Positions 35,718 through 47,700 of a stretch of DNA of 64,000 nucleotides are shown piece by piece (position 1 is the first letter of the stretch; each line of letters starts with the position of its first letter). Below the pieces are notes generated by a model. The model had not been told where the DNA came from. It saw only the letters and a program-made list of their open reading frames with translations, and ran no database searches. The stretch comes from Antedon mediterranea (taxonomy: Eukaryota > Animalia > Echinodermata): assembly GCF_964355755.1 (NCBI RefSeq), contig NC_092672.1:37516437-37580436 (forward strand), in the 5' to 3' direction. Made by a program: the position numbers and the translations under genes.

Positions 35718-38700
35718 TTAACCATAGTAGGCCCAGAAGAACACACTCGTGCACATTAAAGCAACAGCGCCAATATTTAAAATGATCTTTTCTCGGTGTC
35801 CTTCCTTGATGCTGGTGTCTTTAGTGAATGACGTTTGGTCTTCATCTACAGCTTGTCTCTTGTTGCCAGTTCCACAAAACCAATCAAGAACCTTGCGTGG
35901 GAAAGAAGTCTCTTCTAGAAAAACAAAGAAAAAAAATTACTAATTTCAATGTCTTTGTTCCCTATACATTATACAAATACTGTACAATCTAACGTGTCCC
36001 AATTGTAATGTTATTTAATGGACATGACTATTATGTTATTTGTTTGTTTACAAGGCAATTATTTGTATATACATATCAGTTTGCTATTGATTGATTGATT
36101 GATTCCTGTTCTAGTTGGAATTGAGCAGAGTCCATCAATATTCATTCATTCATTCATTATACAAATACTGTACAAGCTAACCCAATTGTAATGTTATTTA
36201 ATGGACATGACTATTATGTTATTTGTTTGTTTACAAGGCAATTATTTGTATATACATATCAGTTTGCTATTGATTGATTGATTGATTCCTGTTCTAGTTG
36301 GAATTGAGCAGAGTCTATCAATATTCATGCAACTTATGTTGAATAGTTCTATTCTTGTCGCTTGTGTTTGCAAACATATGCTCCATAACTCAAACATGTA
36401 TTGTAGATGGAGAAGTATCCTATACATTTAAGAGTTTGCGATTGTCTTTTATCTTTTTCTGTTTGTACGTAATAGTTGATATGGATGAGTTATTTCCGAA
36501 ATAAAATAAATTGAATTGAATATTACTGGCAGCAAACAAGGAAACAACGTCTTACCTTCAGCATAATCATCTTCCTTCTCATATGTCTCTTCCATTTCAT
36601 GCTCGGAAACAGAAATTTCTTCTCTTTCTGCTGTTTCAAAACGAGTAGACCACGTGAGGCGAACAAGCTGTGATATCAATCATAAAATACAATATACTTG
36701 CGCGTGTGCACTCCAAAAAGTAAAAAATGCTAAAAATCCTGAAAATCTCAAAGTAATTGTTTTCATAATGGCACAACAAAATAAAAAGACAGAAAGAAAT
36801 GAAATTAAATAATAAGGATTATCGCACGTAGCGCGACGCATGGGGGAAAGGGTTTTGGAGCAAACTTCACGACGCGTACGTACGTGATTATTTGTTTGTA
36901 CGTACGCGTAGTGACGTTTGCTCCTAAACTCTTCCAATCATGCATTGTGTAATCAAGCTATTTGCGATAAACCTTATGGATAAGGTAGTTGCAGAGACAC
37001 GTCTTTCGATAGTTGTCATTGACTGCTCTATTTTTATGTATCACCGAAAGTAATATATCAAAATAAATTAACACGAAAATGCAAAAAGGTCATTCATGTT
37101 TTTAGAAATCTTACTAATCATTAATTTCAGTTGAAAGTACTTACAAATTTCTTGTCAATTTGCTGCGTCATCAAGCTGACCACAATGGTAACAATACCAG
37201 TAATACCAAAAAGCAAGATGCCAAAATAAAGATAGTGGACGTCAGCGACCACACTTGGCCTCTCGTCCTCCTCGTCACATCCGGGCGCCAAATAGACAAA
37301 GTCCAATATCATACGGATAAGACCAACGAGAAGACCACACATCAACCCCCAAAAAGCACCCTGAAATCAAATGTTTTAATCAAATGTTAAAAGAGTTATC
37401 ATTGTTGTGGAAAAAAATTCTCTTTCAGAAATGCATCGATGATTATAATTGAATATAATTATGGGGGAGGGGATACTGCGTTGCTTTGATATATCATGCC
37501 CATTTCGAATTGAATCGACAACACCAATTTTACATTTAGAAGAATGTAACTTGTGATTGCAGCAGTCAATGTAAATGATAATAACGTCAACAAAATATTT
37601 AAAAATTACCGGGTACCGTAAAGTATACTAATTCAAATTGTATTACATATACACTGTAAATAGCGCACTTCTTTAAAAATCATGGCCGCCAGAGTAAACA
37701 ATACTAAACACAATAAAGTATTGGGGATATTCCTGTAACTTAGCAATGAAAAGAATGAAACAGAAATAAAACTCGTACATATGAATAAAAATAAGAAGTC
37801 ATTTTAAGGAAAATAATAAAAACACAATAACTACATTAGCTGTACAATTACCAATTTGAAATGAACTTAACAAGTTTAAAAGTCTGTAAGATCATTTTAA
37901 TTAACCGATTAACCTAAATCATTTACTTAAGTACACACAAATTACCCGAGAAGACACTAAGTTTATAGGTTTGGAAATGTTTACTTGGAATAATGTCTTC
38001 AATGATACAGTACCGTAGTCTTCATCATACAGCAAACAAACAGTCTTTTTTAACATGAATAATTTACAATAAAGTGGATCCATTAATTTATAATAGTTCT
38101 GTCATTATTTTAATATAGTAAAGATTATAAGGCTAAAAAAATAATAAAAATTTCAAACCCTTACGTGATCGAATTTTAACATAAAAATTTTACGTCCGCA
38201 TTAACTGTCCGGAGTAATTAAAATGGTTCGATCAATACTGCAACATCGTTCTACATTTGCAATACTTTATCACTTACATAATTACAAGGTATCGTACAAC
38301 ATCAACAAGAAAAACAAACGTTTAATATTCATAATGTATTTTTCTGCTTTAGGCCTATGCCTACCGTTTTTATTGTTCGCGTCAATAGTGAATTCTGTCC
38401 CATTCACTGTATTTTCGAAACATGCCCTTCTGGGCTGGAGTTACGAATTATCAAACATCAATCATGTACAATGTTTGTTGGTGTGTTCTAGAAACGCCTA
38501 CTGCTTGTCGGTAAACTACAAAGTCGATAATAAAACTTGCCAAATCAACAGGCAACAAAGAAACGGAACGTTAGATAAAAACTTTGTAGCAGTTGATGCA
38601 TTCAAATACATTGAAAAGGTAAGTATCGTCTTGGTATTATATCAAATTTATCTAAACAAAATCTCATCAACCCTAAAAACAAGGATTAGTAGGCAGATGC

Positions 38701-41700
38701 TGGGTGTCTGGAATATAAAGGGTCTCTCTCAGCGTTTCACTGTACATCACATGGAAGTGTTAGTTGGGTAAATGTTCAAATGTCATTTTAATTGTTAAAT
38801 CTTGCTCTAACCGTTATTTTGGCAGCAAGAACGGGAAGAAAGAACTGTCTTTAATCAATAAAAGACACCGCCTCCAGAATAAAGGCCAATTTACACTAGG
38901 ACGATAACGATGGACGATAACGATGGACGATAACGATGGACGATAACGATGGACGATAAATATTATAATCATGCATTTTTTTACATAAAACAAAAACAAA
39001 TTAGAAAGGTTTTCGTTCTAGAACTATAGAATAATCATTTATGCTATCTTTGTTAAAAATAGTATTTTTAAAATTCCAATCAAATGACGTCATGATAAAT
39101 AAAAACAATAAAATCGTTGTATTGTCACGATATTATTATTATTGCTCTTACAAATCATGACATCATTTAATTGGACGTGTGAAAAAATCATTTTCATCAA
39201 GGGAAGCATGGTTATTCTATAGTTCTAGAATGAAATTTGTTTGTATTTGTTTTGTTTTATGTATGAAAAATGCACACTTCGTCTATTTATCGTCGATCGT
39301 TATCGTCCTAGTGTAAATGGACCTTAAGACGTTATAATGTTTCAATCCATTCCATTACACCACACATTACCCATACACACATAACTGCATTACAGTACTA
39401 TATTGTGTATTCTTGTTTTAGGTGGATATTCTCGGGCCGGACGTCGTTCATGAAGAGCCTGATACAAGTTACGGTGGTATGTTTCTAAAATCTGCATTCT
39501 CAATATAAATAAAATATATACTGTACTATGCAACTATTCTCCGCGGCTCGTGGTGTCTGTTAATGGGGGGAACTGATCGTGTCGCTGCCACAGATAAACC
39601 CTTTGGTCTCCGGAGCTCAGCATCCTGTTGTTAGAATGTCTTGATGTAACGTACCGTGCTCGCATAGAATTGACTAAAATTGAAGACTCAACAAAATAAC
39701 CAGGGCAAGGACTGAATCAATGTGTTATGAAAAGTTAATATTCTAATTAATTTAATTCTTCTTTTCAGAATCAGACTACTGTTCTCAAGAGCCTTTGAAT
39801 ATCTTTACGCTCTTTTTATGTTTTCTCGGGCGTTGAGTGTCTTACTAAGAAATTGGCATCCTATAGGAAATTTAGGCCTAGCAGACTATCACCAACTCAA
39901 CGAAGAACAACATAACTTTTGACGGCTGTTATCACGGGATATGACAACTGCACATTTGAAACAACCATCCTAATAAATGTAATGTCTTTTGTATAAAACA
40001 TATAGTACTATGACGTCACAGTACGTAAATCATAGAGAACTATGACGTCATACAAGTGCGTACGCGTAACGGAATTATTCTAAACCAATCACAAAGTAAC
40101 GCAAAATAAGCACAGGTCATATGCCATGTCATATTAAAAAAAAAGATAATTATAAAGAACTGGTTATCAAGTTTAAATATTTTAATCTTTTTCTAAATGT
40201 AAATTGATTGCCTTCTAATATAATACTTGTATTTTTTAATTTAAAATTTAGATAGATTATAAAGAACCGGTTGTCATGACGTTATATTTTCAACGTAATT
40301 AGTGCAATAAGTTATGTTTATATTAATCTGAATTATTGCTAAATGTAAAATAATTGCATTCTTTTATTATTATTATTATCTATCTATTATCAGATAATAA
40401 CTATCGGGATGTCATAACATGTTATTTATTAGTCCAATAAGATATTTATTAATCTAAATTATGTATAACTGTATTCTTTATATTGCTCTTAATTTAAATT
40501 TTTTTGAGAGATTTTTATAAATATGTATCGGCAGTTTTAAATAAATTTCCAATGTATTTCCATATGGAAAATAAAGAGTATCAATATTATTTTAATACGG
40601 TAAGATTAAGAGTGATCGAATTCTGACTGCTTCAAATAAATTCAGAATTGAATTGTTTAATATCGCAACATCTTTCAAAATTAGAATTACACTTACACAA
40701 TTCCCAAGTATCGCACAGCATCGAACACATCGCTTAACGTTTCCTCTTCACAATGTATTTCTCTGCTTTAGGCCTATGCCTACCGTTTTTTTTATTCGCG
40801 TCAATGGTGACTTCTGTCCCGTACACTGTATTTTCGAAACGTGCTCTTCTGGGCTGGAGTTACGAATTATCAAACATCAATCATGTACAATGTTTGTTGG
40901 TGTGTTCTAGAAATACCTACTGCTTGTCGGTAAACTACAAAGTCGATAATAAAACTTGCCAAATCAACAGGCAACAACAAAACGGAACGTTGAATAAAAA
41001 CTTTGTAGCAGTTGATGCATTTAATTACATTGAAAAGGTAAGTATCATCTTGGTATGGGTGCTTTATATCAAATATGTCAGACTAATCTCATAAAGTCTA
41101 AAAACAAAGTTGGGCGTCGGGCTTTGTAAACTTCACTTTAATTCTATGTCCCTCTCAATATAAGTTTTTTTTATATTTAAAAAAAAATTAAAATTGTTGT
41201 TTAAACAAAACAATATCTCATGAAGCCTGGTATAATGTAGGCACCTGTGTGCTCACGTACAGCTTAGTTTATCCTGGTATGGATATTTGTAAATGTTTAA
41301 AATATTTCATTTACCTCTTGCTCTAACCGTTACTTTCGCAAAGAAACAATTTTCATAAGAAAGGTCTCGCATACAAATCAATAACAGATATCACCTCCAG
41401 AATCAGAAAGGCATTTTCTGACATTATCCCATTACAACATACAGTACCCGTATTCTTATATGTGCATCTTAATATTGTGTACTTTTGTTTTAGGTGCATG
41501 TTCTTGGTGAGCCTGTTAATGAAGATCAGTCTGGTAGTACAAATAACGGAGGTAAGTTTCTCAAATCTGCTACTCTGCATGTACGGTATATGCGCGCCTA
41601 TGTGTTATTTTAAACAATCGTTACACAGTAGTTTATTAAACTATTTTTAGAAAAATAAAATTGTACGAAGCGTTGGTATTTGTCGCAGCCAGACGTAAGA

Positions 41701-44700
41701 TCAAAGGACTGAGTTCCTATCTTGGCAAGGCGAGCATGTTGTTAGATTGCCTTGCCACAACAAAGGTGACAAGTTCCCGTTAATTCTTTTTTTAAATATC
41801 TGGTTTTCAGATGGCTGTGGGCTGGGTTTGCTAACGTTAGTTGCGTGTCTTCTCGGGCGTTAAGGCACTCTGGTGTTCTATAACGCACATTATAGAGTAT
41901 CCCAGACTTGACTGCAGGCCACTGAAGGCTGATCGCCATAGTAATATAGTAATGTTGTTTGTAAAGCATAGAACTGGCTTCTGTGACGCAAGACATGACG
42001 TACGCGCAAAGGAACCAATCACAAAGTACCTAACAAAAAGGACATTTTAATGATACGCACGCACGCACCGCACATAATTAGTTCATCTGATGATCAATGC
42101 GATAATTTTAAAGTCGATGTTGGCCTACTTAGATGAAACCATGCATGCGTCACTTTTAACCATGTTATTGTAAAATCCGAAAGCGTATCCATATTTCTAT
42201 CTAAGTTTTTTGTGACGCGAACAATATGTAACCAATCAGAGTTTAGGAATCGCGCGTAGTGCAAACAGGCTTAAAGAAGACCTACCTGTTCGTTAATTCT
42301 CCACCAGGCTACAGCGAGTATAAACACAGCACAGATCGGAGGTGCCAGGTAGCTGGTAATGGACTGAATGTAGTCAAATAATCTACCACCCTGGGCAGCT
42401 TGGATGATTGGAATCCACAGTATACTTATTACGCACATCACCAGAATGAAAATTCTGTATTAAAGATAAAACATGGAAAGTGACGAATATGCTTTGTATT
42501 TATAAAGCTCAATATGGACATGATGATGTCATATCACTGCCATGTTTGGGCATATCACTACCATATATGTGCACATCACAATTGATTTTTGTCAAACTAG
42601 TTTGATAGTGTAGACAGAGCTTGTGACCATCACACTGGAATAAAGTTTGATATTACGCAATAATTGTATATTTAAACATTGTACGCAACGTGAATTATTA
42701 CTTCGGCAATGTTTCTTTTGTGAAACAATTGATTTATTAATATTAACACACACTGTATGCCTATTCTGTAACACACAAAAGCGACCGTTCATTTTCACGA
42801 TAAGTCATTCGACGACCACCTATTCAAAGTCGGTATGTGAATATTGACTTTTATACTGTTACAGCTACGTAGTCGAATGGCGCAGCTATGTGGTCAAATT
42901 GCGCAGCTACGTAGTCAAATGGGGCAGCGTTAAAACGAACGGCTGTAATTGTCGACCGTCCTGCTATTTTATTATTGCTATTTTCAATGTATAATCTTGG
43001 CGTCCTAAACGTTGACCATTAAGGTCACAGTTAGCACAAAGCAGTACAATATAAAGCTACAATAAATACTATGTATAATTGTATAGAAACAATATAATTC
43101 TTCTTCAGAACAAAACTTATGACCCTTACCTGCCAATTATCATGAGTTCCGCTTCACTGGCTCTGGGTCTGATTCGTCGCCATATATCGATCGTGAATAT
43201 TGTACTACTGCTGTTGAAGATTGAAGTAAGTGAACTCATTAGCGCTGATAACATCACGGCAATCATCAATCCTCGCAAACCTATTAAAATAATTAAGACG
43301 TATAGATGATTACATATCTTGCGTCATAAGACGAAATTATCAGTAATGTCGCTTATTACAATTCTACAATAATATAGTATATTTATCTTTATGTTAAATT
43401 TTCAAGAAGTTCCCACGTACTTCTATGTAAGCAATGTAGTTGGCCAGAAGGTAATTGAATAAGTTGGATACGTTTAAGCTTGGTTTGGTTAGGACGCAAC
43501 GCAAGGACGTACAAGGCGCAACGCAGTCGAATAAATCCATCGCTCGTGATTGGTCAAATACCTTACGTTGCGTTACGTCGTTGTGTTGCATCTCCAGTGG
43601 GAAGCAAGCATTAATAATAATAATTTCACTCACATACACCAACGGCTTATATTCCAATTACTTACCTACGGGCATCACCTCCAAGACGAGCAATGGGAAA
43701 GCGATATTTGTACAGCCGACTTCGCTCTCACAAGCGTCCATACATGTATCGGCTGTAGCGCAGGCGACTTGATCCACGAACAGCACACGACTGATCATGC
43801 CAGGGAAAACGATCAAAAATAACGGAAGAATCTTAAGGAATCCAGCAAAGACACAACCCCCCTTAGCATGACTTAAGTTCTTGGCCGCCAGAGCACGTTG
43901 GACAATAACCTGTGTCGAGACAGAGGAAGGAATGTTAGATTGCTGTCATGGTTCCTTTCGCACGATAGGACTTGCGAATACTAAGTCCAACGAAGACAGG
44001 GCTGTTTTAATAGATGTACTATGTACGTATTTATACGGCTAATAGATATAATTTGTCCATTTCACCAAAAAATAAAAGTCGATCAGAATCTGTTTCTGTC
44101 TGTGTCAGAGTTTTTATGTCGGCAAGAAAGCAGGCTTTTAACAAATTTAAAAAAATCAGCAACCTATGGCAATATTGATGTTACCACTAATAAGAACCCG
44201 CGTATTCTTTAGATAATAATCATACAATTTAGGCCCCTAATATGTATAATAAAATAATAATCATACAATCTAGACCCCTAATATGTATAATAAAATACTT
44301 CACCTGATCAGTACACCAGTACCAGATGGAAGAGATCGTGATACCAAATACCATACCAGGCCATGGTAGGTCAGAGTTTAATGGATCACGGAATATATGG
44401 AAGGCGTCTTCTCGCGGATAGCCACACGATGTTTCTGGGTTTTCCAGTGTTGTATTGGGAATTGCCTGGAAATATTTCACCTGAAGTTCCGAATACGGCA
44501 CCTCAGCAAAACCTAAATGACATTAACATTGGTGAAGCTTCAATACAGTTTATGAATAGCCTAAAACCACTGATCGTGTAAGCAGTAGGCGGGTTATACC
44601 ACTTGATAGCTTGAGTAGCCTTGCTTAGCAATATCCTGCGATTATCAAATGCAGAAAAAAATCGAAAAGCGCGTGCCTATCCTTTTTTTTAAATATTCTG

Positions 44701-47700
44701 ATGACACAGCTAATACATAAACAACGATATCAAGCCGTTTAAATGACTTCCTCGATATGAGTACCAAATCTCTCCCATAAGCTGATAAACTACTACTTCG
44801 CGGCTTTCTAAGTACTGGTAGCACTTACTTAACCCCATCAGAATAGCAGATCCTACAACCATAATCAATGTCTGCAATGCATCTGTATAAATCACAGCGG
44901 CTAAACCACCTGTATGCAAATTAATAATTAATTAATTATAATAGATCTTTAGAAATTGTGTAAGTACATTTTGTTTGTCTTTTACAATGTTAATTATGTT
45001 GGTATTGTCGTACAATACAGATAGTTTTATGTTACGTAATTCGATCTCTCTCTCTTTATATTAATTGATACACGATACTATGAAACAATATCGCGTCATT
45101 CAATTCATGTCGATGCATTTCATTCACATATCGCGTCATAAAAATTCATATCGATGCACTTAATTTAGGTATCACGTCATAAAAGTTCCTCTCATCGAAA
45201 TGTTGCGTAAACGGCGTTACATACGATACAAACTAGCTTTCCCAAGCTTACCTGCTACGGTATACACAGCAGTAATCAATAAAAGTGATACGATAGCTAC
45301 ATACAGATTCCATCCCAAGGCTTGTTGAATAAACAGAGCCCCAGCGTACATATCAACCTGTAAGGGACAAAACAGGCTTATAACTGCTTCGATTCTATCT
45401 CTGGAGGCCTAGTACTGTTAATTCGTGACGGTATTATTATTTTTCAAATGTTCTTATTAGCTTCAAGATATACATCCTGCATGTACATACTTGTGGGTGG
45501 TGTATGTGGAACATAAATTAAAATTGAATTAAGTGTTGTGGTTTCAGGTAAAAAAAAAAAATGGATTTTTGAAAGATACTATTTCTATATTAAGTACTTC
45601 GATATATAAGCGACGGTGTACACCCTAACTTACTGGTACTTTTGGAAGTATACTGTATAAGAGACGGTGAACACCTTAACTTACTGATACTTTTGTTAGC
45701 ACCGAAAGGAGGAGTGCTAGGCAGGCAAGATATACCCTGACACGTTGGCCACCAAATCGTTTCCTCAGATACTCGGGCATTGTGTAAATCTAAAAAAACA
45801 AAAATCACAGTTTGATGGCCTTATAAATATCTATTTGTATTGTTATTCACAAAACCAGTTTATACAAACAATGTTTTCATATAACACTAATTTATGGATA
45901 TGCTACCAGCACAAACCATATGTACCAACCAAAACAGATGTACGATTAGGCATAAAATAGCAAGACTGTATGTCCTAAATAGGTTTAGTTGTCCTTTTGA
46001 TATTTATTTTAACATTTTGTTGTTTTCAACAAATGGTACACTGGGGATCGGGACTGATAAAAGCTGTGATCATCGACAAATATCGCCAAAAAGGGCGTGT
46101 CTCTCTCTCTCTCTAGTCTGTTATGTAGTTAGTCAAATTATTCCAGTACCGTTTGGTTTTGAGATTTGACCACTAATTGGAAAATAAAGTTGGGTGTAAG
46201 GATGTATATAGTTTGAAGTTTCCGTGCTATGGGTATGAATGATAAATTGAAATTGAAATTAAAGCTTGGTTCCCAAGAGACGTAATGCAAGGACCTCGAG
46301 AGATGACCAATGGCAACCGAGAGTTCAAATAACTCTTCACTTGAGATTGGTTGAATCACTTACGTTGCGCTTACGTCATTGGGTTGCGTATCTAGTGGGA
46401 ATCAAGCTAAAGGCTGAGTATCAAGAATAATTGTACATTTGTATTCCAACCAGGAATCCCTACCATCTTTTCACCCCAACCCCACCCCAACCCCGCCCCA
46501 ACCCCCAAATATGTTTCAACGTAGGTACCAGTGCGATATGTTAATAATACATTACAAGGTTGAGCAACGTATTATATTATATAACAAAAGGTTATAAACT
46601 ATCCCTGTATTTGAAACTGAGTCTACAAATCGATTTTGTTTGTTCAATATACACAAAGATGAGTAACATTGTATAGTCGATTTTTATAGTCCTCGAGTTT
46701 ACAACCGGTAATAAAGAGTTGTCTTTTATAGGCCAACCCTTTGAGTAAACTTGGAAAGTAGCACTTGTCGCTTGTGTATACTTACGCCAGATGCCATGTA
46801 CACAGGCAGAAAAATCCATCCTAGCAGTAATAGGATAAACATTGCCTGTAAAAATAAACAAAAGTGCTCTATGAATATACGTCAACCAAGTGTACTAAAT
46901 TAAAGTACACACAAACGACACCGTCATTTGTGATTTTATGTTATTACATTTTGTTGGTCACTTTGAAAGAGTATGGATCAAGTTAGCACGGCCGCCTAAC
47001 CTCGGTCGCTCAACCCCCGATCGCCTAACCCGGTCGTTCAACACCCGGTCACCTAACACTCGGTCGTTCATCACCAGGTCATTCATCACCCGGTCGACCA
47101 TCAACCGGTCGCATATCACTCGGTGCCAAACCCCCGGTCGCCCATCACCCCCCCCCCCCCACTCCACTCTTAATAAGCAATTATTAATATACCCGTTCGC
47201 TGCATCTTTAATCTTTTAGTCAAATATTTGATCTTCTTCGATAGCTTAATCAATCAAAACATAATAATAATATGTATTTCTTACATTGAATTCAAAAGAA
47301 CCAACAGCAATACCGGATGCGGCTCCTGTACCGGCCAATCCGATAAAGTGTCCGCTACCGATATTACTAGCGAACAGGGACGCTCCAACTGGCCACCAAA
47401 CGATATTTTTGCCTGCAAGGAAATACCCCTTGAGGGTGGCTCGACTTGACTGAAATGAGGCCTAAATAAAACGAAAAGATAAAGTGTAAGATGGATTAGA
47501 ATGATATGAAAAAAATAGTACATCTACCTACTGGATTTCGATACTTTAACATTAGGCCTAATATGCTCCTCTTGACCAGAACTTTTTAAATTTGTTTATG
47601 TTTTTATGTAAAAGGGTCCTGCGAAAACAGAATTTTAAACTTTTTTTCAGGACCCTTGCCATCAATTATATACTGAAATTGTAATTATAAACGATGACTA

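Noticed and set aside
38223-38333. N-terminal extension of PAN copy 1 from the ORF track (MVRSILQ...)
   Set aside because: It is not conserved in copy 2, and the signal peptide begins at the shared ATG at 38334.
46938-47219. TRSF-repeat and DRV-repeat ORFs
   Set aside because: They are translations of a degenerate 15-bp repeat inside an SLC5A intron, with no splice support.
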